A DNA stretch of 64,000 nucleotides from Candidatus Latescibacterota bacterium (GCA_965204725.1 OZ242005.1:4704001-4768000), one strand, 5' to 3'; shown: positions 51,056 to 60,694, counted from the first letter of the stretch. Program-made: numbers and translations. Notes: generated from the letters alone by a model not told the origin.

Positions 51056-51997
51056 ATGCCATTGCAAAAAGAAGACCTACTCGCCGCGCTAAACTCGGTC
51101 ACCTCCATCCCGGTGGTCCCTTTTCGCGGCGGGCGCATCGACTACGACGCCCATGCCAAGAACATCAACTACCTAATGGAGAACAACCACTTAGACGGCG
51201 GCCGGCCCCGGGTGATTGGCATCGCCGGCACCAGCTTGGTCCACCACATTAGCGCGGCCGAGCAAGTGCGGCTATTGGGATTTACCGGGGAACTGATGGG
51301 CGGGCGCGGGGTGCTCATGGCCGGGATTGCCCCCAATCCGGTTGGGGATGCCGAGCGGTTGATCGAGCGGGAGGCCGCGCTCGAATATCCCCCGGATGTC
51401 TATCTCGTCATGCCGCTTACTGGCGTGGCCAATCCAGCGGGCATTTTTGCGTACTACGCGGATTTTGCCGAGCGGTTGGGACGTTCGTGCGGGGCCAAGT
51501 TGCTCTACTACCTGCGCAACCCAGCCGAGTGCGAGATCGCCGTGCGGCTGATGAACGAGTCCGAGCACTTCGTAGGGCTGAAGATCGGCACCACGGTCGA
51601 GGACGTCGAGCCGATTGTCGCGGGGGTGGAAGAGGGAGCAGCGCTGGTGATATGGGGCGTGGGGGACCGCTCAACCGGGCCGGCCGAGCGCGGCACCAAA
51701 GGCCACACATCGGGAATTAACGTAGCTTTCGCCCGCGCCTCCGACGAGATCAACAACGCCCAGCGCCGCGGCGATTTTGCGACCTCCCAGCAGATCGAAA
51801 ACCAACTCGCGGCCCTAGAGGAGATTCGCTTCCGCAACGGCCGCATGTACAACTATTCAGCCGTAGTTGAGGCCATGCACTTGGGCGGATTCAGCGATGT
51901 AGATGGCGGCGAGGGCGGCCCGTTCAACCCGCGAGTGCCGGCGGAAGTAGCCGAGGAAGTGGCCGCGGCCATAGCCGACATTATACCCTACCACTAA
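51056..51997 (+). CDS. Divergent DapA-family protein (5-dehydro-4-deoxyglucarate dehydratase-like)
   Basis: SIPVVPF..IDYDAH, YYLR, FVGLKIG and GHTSG. Confidence 0.7.
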   Translation: MPLQKEDLLAALNSVTSIPVVPFRGGRIDYDAHAKNINYLMENNHLDGGRPRVIGIAGTSLVHHISAAEQVRLLGFTGELMGGRGVLMAGIAPNPVGDAERLIEREAALEYPPDVYLVMPLTGVANPAGIFAYYADFAERLGRSCGAKLLYYLRNPAECEIAVRLMNESEHFVGLKIGTTVEDVEPIVAGVEEGAALVIWGVGDRSTGPAERGTKGHTSGINVAFARASDEINNAQRRGDFATSQQIENQLAALEEIRFRNGRMYNYSAVVEAMHLGGFSDVDGGEGGPFNPRVPAEVAEEVAAAIADIIPYH

Positions 51998-52293
51998 ACC
52001 CGGCGCAGCCGCTCTAGATAGGCCGCCCATTCAACCGGGAGCCGGTGCTGCTTTTGGCTATTGCAGTGCTTGCAGCAAGGGACCACGTTGGACTTGGTGG
52101 TTTGGCCGCCGCGGATGAGCGGCACCACGTGGTCCATGGTCAGCTCCTCGGGCGCAAACGACCGCTCGCAGTAGTGGCACTGGCCGGCGGCCCGTTCGCG
52201 CTTCCACCACTGAGAGCGGCGCAGCATCTTGGCCTTGGTTTTCTCTCGGGCGACGTGCTCGGCGTCGGCTGGGACGAAGTAGCTATTTTCCAT
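51994..52293 (-). CDS. HNH endonuclease (small, Zn-binding)
   Basis: CHYC, LTMDHVVPLIRGG and NVVPCCKHCNSQK. Confidence 0.9.
   Translation of the reverse strand: MENSYFVPADAEHVAREKTKAKMLRRSQWWKRERAAGQCHYCERSFAPEELTMDHVVPLIRGGQTTKSNVVPCCKHCNSQKQHRLPVEWAAYLERLRRV
52233..52293. repeat. Direct repeat copy 1 (5' end of the HNH gene)
   Basis: 60/61 identical to 54472-54532. CTTAGCCAGCCGCT is also repeated (52308-52321 and 54533-54546). Confidence 0.9.
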
Positions 52294-52320
52294 GGGAGAG
52301 CAAGATGCTTAGCCAGCCGC

Positions 52321-52734
52321 TTACTCTGCTTGGTATCCCAAGTCCCACACGCGCAGAAGATCGCGACACCCCTGTTCAAAAGTTTGCGTAAAATCGATTA
52401 ACTGAATGGAAAACAGCGTCCAAGAAAGTTGCCCATAATTACAGGGTTGGTGCAAAAGGGGAATCATTTTGTTTTCAAAGTGATTCAGATAAAAAGAAAA
52501 CATCAGCTCTTTCTTTACCCAAGCGGATCCCACTGCATTTGGCGACAAGACAAGCACAAACCAATCGCAGCGGAGAATCGCTTCACCAATTTCATCATGC
52601 CATTGCTGTCCCCCAAGGACATTGGATCGACTGTACCAGACGCGAAGCCCATGCCGCCGCATCATGTCGACCAACTCTTCTACAAACGGCCGATCTCGGT
52701 CAGAATGCGAAAGAAAAATTTCCGTTGGCAACAT
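52321..52734 (-). CDS. TIR domain protein (TIR_2)
   Basis: IFLSHSDRD, FVLVLSPNAVGSAWVKKEL (catalytic-position Glu) and MIPLL. Confidence 0.9.
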   Translation of the reverse strand: MLPTEIFLSHSDRDRPFVEELVDMMRRHGLRVWYSRSNVLGGQQWHDEIGEAILRCDWFVLVLSPNAVGSAWVKKELMFSFYLNHFENKMIPLLHQPCNYGQLSWTLFSIQLIDFTQTFEQGCRDLLRVWDLGYQAE

Positions 52735-52737
52735 AAT

Positions 52738-53184
52738 TCAAGAGATTGATGCAGATGTAGGCGGGGAGCTTGCTATATCGTTTTCCAGAATTGCCTGTGC
52801 GATTTGTTTAATCCCTTCTTCTTCCTCGTCGTATTCACCCATATCGATTATATGTAAGAGCCGAAGAATCCATGGAATATCTTCTTTGGGTATCTCTTCT
52901 GAATCGCCAACAAGGACGGGGATCAGGCGTTTGCGATAGTTTTGTTCGCCAAGAGCATACTCAATTTCCCGGCGTACCCAACTTGAACGCAGAGCGTCGG
53001 CGGTCAGGAGGACCACCATGGCTTCTGACTCTTTCAATGCTTGCGCTACCTTCTCCGTCAAAGTATCCTCAGACAGGATTTCACGGGTGGCATCCCACAC
53101 ATCAAGGCCAGCTTTTTCTAAGCCTACCGCGACCTTCTTGACAAAAGGCTCATCCTTATACGCATGGCTAATAAAGACTTTCAT
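52738..53184 (-). CDS. TIR domain protein (TIR_2)
   Basis: VFISHAYKD, SSWVRREIEYA and RLIPVLV. Confidence 0.9.
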   Translation of the reverse strand: MKVFISHAYKDEPFVKKVAVGLEKAGLDVWDATREILSEDTLTEKVAQALKESEAMVVLLTADALRSSWVRREIEYALGEQNYRKRLIPVLVGDSEEIPKEDIPWILRLLHIIDMGEYDEEEEGIKQIAQAILENDIASSPPTSASIS

Positions 53185-53207
53185 AATCCAAACTATCCTT
53201 TCGTCCG

Positions 53208-53705
53208 CTAAAGATCCAGTAAAGTAAAAATACTAGCCAATAAGAAATACAACAAACCAAAGCATACCGGCACCCATTTCTCTACACCCGTAAGCGGAGA
53301 GTATAGCTTTCTATCTTTCCCTTTGCCGAGGGCTATCCATTCAGTATCGTAAGGAGCAACAGGTAGCATTTGCTCAAGTGCGAGAATGACCTTGTACTTA
53401 CCGCTGTTTAGCTGCCGATACGAACACACGACGCGCCACCACACGTAACAGAGGAGCATCAAGGCAACAAAAGGTACAAAGATGAGCAACGCTGGTTTCA
53501 GTATGTCCTCTTTGAGCAGCACGATAAAGGCGATAGTCAGCGTCGTATGCACACCGACGAAAAACGAGTTTGCTAGCATCCTTCGCGCACTGATCCTATC
53601 AGCCATTTCGACGTATAGCTTGTACTGGTCGAAAAGGTGATTCTCAAATTCGGCACCATAAGTATCTTTACTTTGGCGTAGCAAGTTTAGGCTGTTTTTG
53701 CTCAC
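53208..53705 (-). CDS. Three-TM membrane protein (RipA-like family), candidate effector
   Basis: DQYKLYVEMADRISARRMLANSFF, SYRQLNSGKYKVI..LE and three hydrophobic segments. Confidence 0.75.
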   Translation of the reverse strand: MSKNSLNLLRQSKDTYGAEFENHLFDQYKLYVEMADRISARRMLANSFFVGVHTTLTIAFIVLLKEDILKPALLIFVPFVALMLLCYVWWRVVCSYRQLNSGKYKVILALEQMLPVAPYDTEWIALGKGKDRKLYSPLTGVEKWVPVCFGLLYFLLASIFTLLDL

Positions 53706-53771
53706 TGTTTTTCTTCCTCGTTGATTTATGATGTATCCAATGGGTTATCGTAAAACATTTCTACTTTTTAG

Positions 53772-54188
53772 CTACAAAGACCATCTGCGAACAGCAGCTA
53801 CGATACTACTTGTTTGCCAACCAACCATTTCCTTGGCAACGTTTTGCACTTCAATCGGCATACGTTCTTGACCCCAAGGGGCAACTCCGATAATTGGCTT
53901 TCCATAGGATATGGCGATGTCGATTTCTTCCTGAATCCACCTTCTGTGATTGACATACATGCCAGAAACCACAAGAAAGCAGTTAATAGGGGCGATTTGT
54001 CGGTCAAGTGCTTGACGTAGTTCCCCATCTGTCTTTGTTTCAAGCGGATCGTGCTCTGGAACTGAGTAATTGCGCCAATAGAAGTAAGGTGCTTCGGAGA
54101 GAAACATCTCAAGGCGGTAGTACTCGGAGTTTTCGACTCTATGCCATACATGGCTTAAAAAAAGATCATACGTTTTAAGTTTTGGCAT
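53772..54188 (-). CDS. ThsB-like TIR protein (MTH538/DUF1863)
   Basis: LFLSHVW, WRNYSVP, SGMY..WIQEEI, KPIIGV.PWG and VGW..SSIV. Confidence 0.88.
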   Translation of the reverse strand: MPKLKTYDLFLSHVWHRVENSEYYRLEMFLSEAPYFYWRNYSVPEHDPLETKTDGELRQALDRQIAPINCFLVVSGMYVNHRRWIQEEIDIAISYGKPIIGVAPWGQERMPIEVQNVAKEMVGWQTSSIVAAVRRWSL

Positions 54189-54471
54189 ATCTACACTTCC
54201 TTGATCATAACGACCGAATCTTCCGAACCGGCCATACCCCGTTCACGCTTTTGCGGAACATGCTTTCACGGGGCGGGCTTTGAAAATATATGGAACGTGG
54301 CCTACTACATCCTCCGTGTACACGGGGTGCCTTATGCCTAAGCGGGCTACGGGCACTGTTCATTCAAGGCGGCTTTAAGAAAGATACAAGAGCAGCATGG
54401 CCTGTTCAAGTGCTATGTTGGGCATTCACTCAGGGGCAGTGCCACGCCTTGTGTGTTGTGCAGCCCCTTGT

Positions 54472-54532
54472 CCTTGGTTTTCTCTCGGGCGACATGCTCG
54501 GCGTCGGCTGGGACGAAGTAGCTATTTTCCAT
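54472..54532 (-). pseudogene. Truncated duplicate of the HNH gene 5' end (direct repeat copy 2)
   Basis: Encodes MENSYFVPADAEHVAREKTK and then diverges. Confidence 0.85.
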
Positions 54533-54533
54533 C

Positions 54534-55832
54534 TTAGCCAGCCGCTGAAGCCGCCTCGCGCAGCGCCTGCCGCGTCCCCGCCAAGTCGAAACAGGCCTCT
54601 TGATTGCCGCGCATAAAGCGGGTCGCCAGCTCTATGGCTTCGGCTTCGGTCAGCAGGCCGTCATCTACTTCGCCTTGGAGGGCGCGGGCGAGCCAGCGAC
54701 GCGCCTGAATCGCATAGGCCACCGAGCTGGTCGGCCAGCCCGTGTCGCCGCCAAAGGCAAAGAGCTTGGAAGCGGGAGCGGCGTGGATAAAGCGGCGCAC
54801 AAAGTCGCACGCGCTGGCCGGGTCGATGGACCACGCCCAGCAGAGATCGGCATACACGTTGCGGTAGTGTTTGGCCAGCGCGATCAATTCGCTCGAATAG
54901 GGATAGGCAATGTGCATCAGCACAAAGCGGCAGTCGAGGTAGCGCGCCAGCAAGGGGCAGAGGTGACCGCTTTTAATGCGATCGACGGGCATGCGGTCGT
55001 TGCCAGCGTAGTAGCCGGTGTGGATCTTGAACGGCAGCTCGTACTCGATTGCCAGCTCGGTGCCCCGCGCCCAGCACCAGTCGCCCAAAAGCAACCGGCT
55101 CGGCTCGTCGAGCTCTGCGCCTTGGAGCAGGCGTTGGAGGACGCGCTCGGCGTCGGCGTCCGCACGTTCTTCCCAGCGCAGCGTGCGGTTGTACGCGTGC
55201 TGGGCTTTGACCGCTATGGCATGGGAGCCGTGCTCGGCGAAGATGGCTTCCATGCCCTGCTTGAGGCTGGCCAAGTCGGCCACGACCACTCCGGTTTCTC
55301 GCTCAATGGCCTCGGGGTCGATTTGGCCGTTGCAAAAGGTGGCCCAAGACAAGTCGTAGAGGAAAAAGTCCACGCCCGACTCGTCGGGCGGGCAGGGCCA
55401 AGAGAAGTCGTCGGTTTGCACGTGGTCTAGCCGACCTATTTGGCGGAGTAGCTCGTATCGCCCGCCGGGCCGCCGCCAAGCGCTGAGCTTTTCTTGCGCC
55501 TTGTGCAGCTCGGCTGCGCTAAAATCGGCCATGCCATAGACCTCGTGCGCGAGGATGCACACGGCCTCGCCGTAGCCGGTGAAGCGGATGGCCGCAAAGG
55601 CCGAGCGAATGCGATCAAAGCGCGCACCAACGTCTGGATCGGAGGCATCGTTGAGCTTGTGCAAGTCTTCGCTCGTGGCCCCAGCGGCGATTAGGTCGGC
55701 GGGCACGTAGTTGCCAAAAAGGTCTTGCAAAATGTCCGGGCCATTCTCAATCCAGTCGCGCTCCCGGCGGAGGTGTTCGTGCGTGTCGATTAGCAGCGTG
55801 TCGGCTAGGTGTTGGCACAAGTCTGTGGTCAT
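54534..55832 (-). CDS. Amidohydrolase family protein
   Basis: IDTHEH, KIHTG, VLMH, DLCW and FGGD. Confidence 0.85.
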   Translation of the reverse strand: MTTDLCQHLADTLLIDTHEHLRRERDWIENGPDILQDLFGNYVPADLIAAGATSEDLHKLNDASDPDVGARFDRIRSAFAAIRFTGYGEAVCILAHEVYGMADFSAAELHKAQEKLSAWRRPGGRYELLRQIGRLDHVQTDDFSWPCPPDESGVDFFLYDLSWATFCNGQIDPEAIERETGVVVADLASLKQGMEAIFAEHGSHAIAVKAQHAYNRTLRWEERADADAERVLQRLLQGAELDEPSRLLLGDWCWARGTELAIEYELPFKIHTGYYAGNDRMPVDRIKSGHLCPLLARYLDCRFVLMHIAYPYSSELIALAKHYRNVYADLCWAWSIDPASACDFVRRFIHAAPASKLFAFGGDTGWPTSSVAYAIQARRWLARALQGEVDDGLLTEAEAIELATRFMRGNQEACFDLAGTRQALREAASAAG

Positions 55833-55879
55833 GGCATTGCTCCGAGTTGAGGTGTCGCGTTTCCAAGCTGTTTAACAAT

Positions 55880-56308
55880 ATGGATTGGCATCCCTTCATC
55901 GTCCACTATCCCATCGCGCTCTTGTCCCTGAGTCCCCTGTGTGATCTAGGCGCACTGTGGCTGGGTCGCCGCGCCGGGCATCATCTGGCGTACGGCTTGC
56001 TGGTGTTAGGGGTACTAGCCGCGACGACCGCCGTGCTCAGCGGCAACGCGGCTGCGGCCACGGCTTGGGACGGACCAGCCGCCGCGCCATTAGCCACTCA
56101 CGAAGCCCTCGCCACTTGGACCTTGCTCTTGGGATTGGGGGTCGTTCTCGGGCGCTTGCCCCTGCATCTCAGGGGGCGGCTCGAAGGATGGCCGCTCTAT
56201 GTGTGGATTGCCCTCGGCGTCCTGATCGGCGGCTTGGTCTTGTGGACGGGCTACTGCGGCGGCGAACTCGTGTATATCCACGGCTTGGGCGTACGGGCCG
56301 ATCGCTGA
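55880..56308 (+). CDS. DUF2231 membrane protein
   Basis: HPFIVHYPIAL, a central His (THE) and GGELVY. Confidence 0.85.
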   Translation: MDWHPFIVHYPIALLSLSPLCDLGALWLGRRAGHHLAYGLLVLGVLAATTAVLSGNAAAATAWDGPAAAPLATHEALATWTLLLGLGVVLGRLPLHLRGRLEGWPLYVWIALGVLIGGLVLWTGYCGGELVYIHGLGVRADR

Positions 56309-56385
56309 TCGGCGGCTGGTTGACGCAGTTTGTTTGGCTTATTTTCGAGGGGCTGACCAGCACTCAACGCCCCGAGGAGCACCCT

Positions 56386-57786
56386 GTGAATCGCCCCAAC
56401 ATCCTGCTCATTATGACGGACGAACACGCGCCCATGTACAGCGGCCCCTACGGGCATCCGCTCGTGCAGACGCCCTTTATGGACCAATTGGCAGCCGAGG
56501 GCGCGACCTTTGCCAACGCCTACTGCAACTCTCCGCTCTGCCTGCCGTCGCGGATGTCGTTTATGACCGGCCGCTATATCAGCCCGATCGGAGCCTTTGA
56601 CAATGCCAGCCCCTTGCCGTCGGATGCGGTCACGTGGGCCCATCGGCTGCGCGCGGTTGGCTACGATGTGGTACTCTCGGGCAAACAGCACTTTTGCGGC
56701 CCCGATCAGCTGCACGGCTTCCGCGCCCAGCTAGCGCGCGATTTACACGCCGAGTTGTGGACCAAAAATGGCGTCCTGCGCGGTACGCCCGACTGGAGCA
56801 AGGGCACCCCGCCAGCCGACAAGCCTTGGGGCGGCGTGGCCGAGGCCGGGCCGGGGACGACCTTAGAGATCGAAGTGGATGATCTAGTTGAGGAACGGGC
56901 ACTCGCTTACCTGCGCGATCCGGCTCGCAAAAAGCGGCCTTGGGCACTAAATGTTTCGTTTATTGCGCCGCATTTTCCGCTCGTAGTCCCCGAGCGGTTT
57001 TTCAACCTCTATCCGCTCGAGCAAATCGACATGCCGGAAATTCCCCCCGGCCACCTCGAAAACCAGCACCCCGTCCACCAGCGGATGCGGGCCATGTTTG
57101 GGGCGGGCCATTTTCCCGCCGAACAGGTGCGCCGCGCCCGCGCTGGCTACTATGGGCTGATTACCTATCTCGACGAGAAGATAGGTCGCCTGCTCGCTGT
57201 CCTAGAGGAGACCGGTCAGCGCGACAACACGCTCATCGCGCATTTCAGCGATCACGGGGAAATGAACGGCGAGCACGGGATGTGGCGGAAGTCGAGCCTG
57301 TACGAGGCGTCTGCCAAGGTGCCCCTGCAAATGGTCTATCCCGGGCACATCCCGGCCGGGCGGCGCATCGGCCAAGTGGTGTCGCTGGTGGATCTGGTGG
57401 CGACCATCGTCGAGCTCGCTGGCGCACCTCGCACGGGGGCTCTCGATGGCGATAGTCTGCTCGGATTGTTGCAAGGGCGGGACGCGCACTGGAAAGACCA
57501 AGCATTTTCCGAATATCTAGCGCACGGCGTGGCGCGGCCAACGGCCATGTTGCGACGCGGCCGCTACAAGCTCCACTACAGCTTAGGGGATCCGCCCCAG
57601 CTATACGATGTAGAGGCCGACCCCAACGAGTTCGACGACCTAGCAGGCCATCCCGCTCATGCGGCTCCGCTAGCTGACCTCCAAGAGCAGCTATTATCCG
57701 CATGGGACCCGGTCGCCTTAGATAGGCAGGTGCGGCAAAGCCAGCAGGACCGGCTCTTGATCGAACGCGCCGCACGGCTCGACTGA
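56386..57786 (+). CDS. Sulfatase (choline-sulfatase-like)
   Basis: RPNILLIMTD, CLPSR (CxPxR), GKQH, SDHG and LYDVEADP. Confidence 0.92.
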   Translation: MNRPNILLIMTDEHAPMYSGPYGHPLVQTPFMDQLAAEGATFANAYCNSPLCLPSRMSFMTGRYISPIGAFDNASPLPSDAVTWAHRLRAVGYDVVLSGKQHFCGPDQLHGFRAQLARDLHAELWTKNGVLRGTPDWSKGTPPADKPWGGVAEAGPGTTLEIEVDDLVEERALAYLRDPARKKRPWALNVSFIAPHFPLVVPERFFNLYPLEQIDMPEIPPGHLENQHPVHQRMRAMFGAGHFPAEQVRRARAGYYGLITYLDEKIGRLLAVLEETGQRDNTLIAHFSDHGEMNGEHGMWRKSSLYEASAKVPLQMVYPGHIPAGRRIGQVVSLVDLVATIVELAGAPRTGALDGDSLLGLLQGRDAHWKDQAFSEYLAHGVARPTAMLRRGRYKLHYSLGDPPQLYDVEADPNEFDDLAGHPAHAAPLADLQEQLLSAWDPVALDRQVRQSQQDRLLIERAARLD

Positions 57787-57860
57787 GCATAAATTCGATT
57801 GGGGGCCGCTAGACGCAGACTCGACCATGATACATCTAGCCGATTTCATCGACCGACAGC

Positions 57861-58943
57861 TTAGGCGTCCGGCTCGTACTTTGGCTGCCTCGGCGCACGA
57901 TCCCGCTCCAGCCGATAGGCACTCCCGGCAAGCGGCAGCTCGACGCGGGCGCCGCCGCGCTGGTGCGACTCGACAAATGCGAAAATTAGCTCCGTATTAG
58001 CCCGCGCCAGTGCGGCGCCGCCACGCGGCGGCTCGCCCGTATCGAGGGAGTGGACCAGATCTTCGATCAAGCAGAGCGTTGAAGCCCGGTGCTCGAAAGA
58101 AGGGAACTCCACCACGCCCAGTACATTGCGGCCCCGGTGATCGCGTACTGCCGGTGCCCGCAACTGCCACTCCTTATCATTGCCCAGCGCCGTCACCACG
58201 CCCTTTTCGCAGACGGCCTCCACTTCCATTCCCCGACCCGAATTGAGCGCGTACGCAACGACCCCGTTGGCGAACTGGATGATGCCGTGCCCGACCGGGT
58301 CCTCGCGCAGGATGTTCCCGTCGATTATTTCGTCGCCATTGGGCAAATGCGCCTGCAACCAAGCAGCGGGGGCGTCGGAGTTGAGACGCTGGAGCAGGTC
58401 AAAGCTGTGGCTGGCGCCGTTGAAGAGCGCGCTGGTTTGGTGGATGATAAGGGTTTGCAACGCGCCGATTTCCCCAGAATCAATGACGGCCTTCATTTGG
58501 TCGTAGCCGGGGTAAAAGCGGCGATTGGTGCCCATGTTGAGCACGACGTTGTGGCGCTGGCAGGCTTCGACCATGCGGTCGGCTTCGGCCAGCGAGGCCG
58601 AGAACGCCTTTTCCGCGTAAATCGCCCGGGCACCCGCTTCGGCGGCTGCCATGACGATCTCGGCCCGGTGCTCGGGCTGAGTGGCAACGCTGACGATGTC
58701 CGGGGCTTCGCGGGCGAGCATTTCGCGGTAGTCGGTGTATTGCTTGTCCGCGGGAATGCCGTAGCGCTCGCCGACCTGTTCCATTACATCGACGCGCAGG
58801 TCCGAACAGGCGATGAGGTCCGTGCGCTCACAAGCCTCATACCCGGCGGCGTGAGAGTACGGGCGCATATTGGCTGGGACTTCGTTGTCAATGAAAGCAC
58901 CCATGCGACTGCAACCGATGAGAACGGCTTTGTACTGATCCAT
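57861..58943 (-). CDS. Gfo/Idh/MocA family oxidoreductase
   Basis: Rossmann fold N-terminus, YTDYREML, IYAEK and NRRF. Confidence 0.88.
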   Translation of the reverse strand: MDQYKAVLIGCSRMGAFIDNEVPANMRPYSHAAGYEACERTDLIACSDLRVDVMEQVGERYGIPADKQYTDYREMLAREAPDIVSVATQPEHRAEIVMAAAEAGARAIYAEKAFSASLAEADRMVEACQRHNVVLNMGTNRRFYPGYDQMKAVIDSGEIGALQTLIIHQTSALFNGASHSFDLLQRLNSDAPAAWLQAHLPNGDEIIDGNILREDPVGHGIIQFANGVVAYALNSGRGMEVEAVCEKGVVTALGNDKEWQLRAPAVRDHRGRNVLGVVEFPSFEHRASTLCLIEDLVHSLDTGEPPRGGAALARANTELIFAFVESHQRGGARVELPLAGSAYRLERDRAPRQPKYEPDA

Positions 58944-58954
58944 TTGCGGCTCCT

Positions 58955-60598
58955 TTACCAAAATTTGGCGATGTTTTCTTCCGCCTTGGTCATCACCTCC
59001 ACCAAGGCGGCGCGGCCTTCGCGGTTGGCTGCGAGGGCGCGTTGGATGGCCGGTGCCAACTCTGAGGGCGTTTCGACGCGCTCGGCGTGGGCACCGAGGG
59101 CCTCGGCTACCTGCGCGTAGTGCCCGCCGAGTTGATTGCTCTGATAGTGTTCGCTGGCATAGGGCATGTACTGGTCGTAGTGGGTCATTACGCCGTTGTT
59201 GAGCACCACCGTGAGAATGGGAATCTCTGCGCGCACCGCGGTCTCAATATCAAGGCCCGCCATGCCAAAAGCCGCGTCGCCCATGATGTTGATGACCTGC
59301 TTGTCCGGCGCGGCCAACTTGGCCCCCAGCGCCAAGCCCAAGCCGTAGCCAAGCTGGGTCGACTTGCCCCAGCCGAGGTATCCTCTGGGGACTTGGGGCC
59401 GCCAAAACGGCACGAGCTGATCGCGGGGATAGCCCGAATCGTGGGTGATGATGGTGTTGGGCACCTCCACGGCGCGGGCGAGTTCGGCGAAGACCCGGTA
59501 GGGATTTATCGGCACCTCGTCCGAGCGGAACCTCGGCGCCCACTCGGCGTTGAACTCAGCGCGGATGGCCGCGATCTCGGCCGCGACCCCGCGCTCGTCT
59601 TCTCGCCCGCCCGCCCCGAGCTGCCGGCGGACCTCCTCGGCGATCTGCTCCAGCACGATCCGCGCATCGCCGATGGCCCCTAAGTCGATCCGATAGTCCT
59701 TATTGAGATCCTCAGCGCAGTTGGTCACCTGTGCCATGACGGCGCGGTCGGGCATGGGGGCGTTGAAGTTCGAGATGGTAAAGCTGGTGCCCACTCCTAG
59801 GACGAAGTCGGTCTTTTGCCGGAAGCGCTCGACCATCAGTGTGCCGGTGTACCCGCCAGTGCCCAGCGCGAGCGGATGGTTTTCAGGGAACGCGCTCTTG
59901 CCGGCCAAGGTGGTCATAACGGGCACGTTGAGCAGTTCGGCGAGGGCTACGAGCGAGTCCGTGGCTTCGGCCCACAAGACGCCGTGGCCGGCGTTGATGA
60001 CCGGACATTCGGCCTTAACCAGCGCGGCAACCAAGTCGCGGACAGCGTCTGGGTCGGCCCCGGACTTATAGGCTTTGATCGGTTGGTAGTCAAAATCTCC
60101 GGGGAACTCGGCGTTGCCTAAATCGCTGGGAATTTCTACGAGCACCGGCCCGGGGCGGCCGTGAGCGAGCTGGCTAAAGGCGCGGCGCATCAGCCCGGGA
60201 ATGCGCTCAACTTGGTTGATGGTGGCGGCCCATTTGGTGATGCCGCCATAGTTGGCTACCGAGTCGAAGTTAGGAGGGACTTGGGTGCGGGCCGTGGATA
60301 CGCCTCCGGGCAGGAGCAGCAGGGGGATGGAGTCGGCGTAGGCTTGGGCCGCGCCGCCGAGCGCGTTTTCGGCCCCCGGCCCGGTCTGCATGGTAAAGAC
60401 GCCAAAGGGGCGGCCGTTGGTCGTGCGACTGAAGCCGTCGGCCATGTTGACGCCCGTCCGCTCTTGGCGGCAGATAACGGGCCGGATTCCAGCGCGAGCC
60501 GCCTCGTCAATCAGGGTCTGGGCGGGAAAGGCCGATAGCCACGAAACGCCTTCGGCCTTGAGGATGTGGGCAATGGCTTGGTTGCCGTTCATGGGCAC
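58955..60598 (-). CDS. ThDP-dependent enzyme (acetolactate synthase large subunit-like)
   Basis: RQER..MADG, GPGAEN, RPGPVLVEIP and GDAAFGM...LNN. Confidence 0.88.
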   Translation of the reverse strand: MPMNGNQAIAHILKAEGVSWLSAFPAQTLIDEAARAGIRPVICRQERTGVNMADGFSRTTNGRPFGVFTMQTGPGAENALGGAAQAYADSIPLLLLPGGVSTARTQVPPNFDSVANYGGITKWAATINQVERIPGLMRRAFSQLAHGRPGPVLVEIPSDLGNAEFPGDFDYQPIKAYKSGADPDAVRDLVAALVKAECPVINAGHGVLWAEATDSLVALAELLNVPVMTTLAGKSAFPENHPLALGTGGYTGTLMVERFRQKTDFVLGVGTSFTISNFNAPMPDRAVMAQVTNCAEDLNKDYRIDLGAIGDARIVLEQIAEEVRRQLGAGGREDERGVAAEIAAIRAEFNAEWAPRFRSDEVPINPYRVFAELARAVEVPNTIITHDSGYPRDQLVPFWRPQVPRGYLGWGKSTQLGYGLGLALGAKLAAPDKQVINIMGDAAFGMAGLDIETAVRAEIPILTVVLNNGVMTHYDQYMPYASEHYQSNQLGGHYAQVAEALGAHAERVETPSELAPAIQRALAANREGRAALVEVMTKAEENIAKFW

Positions 60599-60694
60599 GG
60601 CGTCCCTTTCCGAGGTTAAGACCTCTATCTAAGAAACTCTGTAGGGGCAACCCCACAAAACTTGCGTAGAACGTTGGACAGAGACCTAGCTGCG

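Noticed and set aside
54290-54616. 108-aa + strand ORF
   Set aside because: It spans the island's upstream region and the antisense HNH stub, and has no recognisable protein features.
55957-56385. N-terminal extension of the 609-aa sulfatase ORF
   Set aside because: It overlaps the DUF2231 gene out of frame; the real start is GTG 56386 after a GAGGAG RBS.
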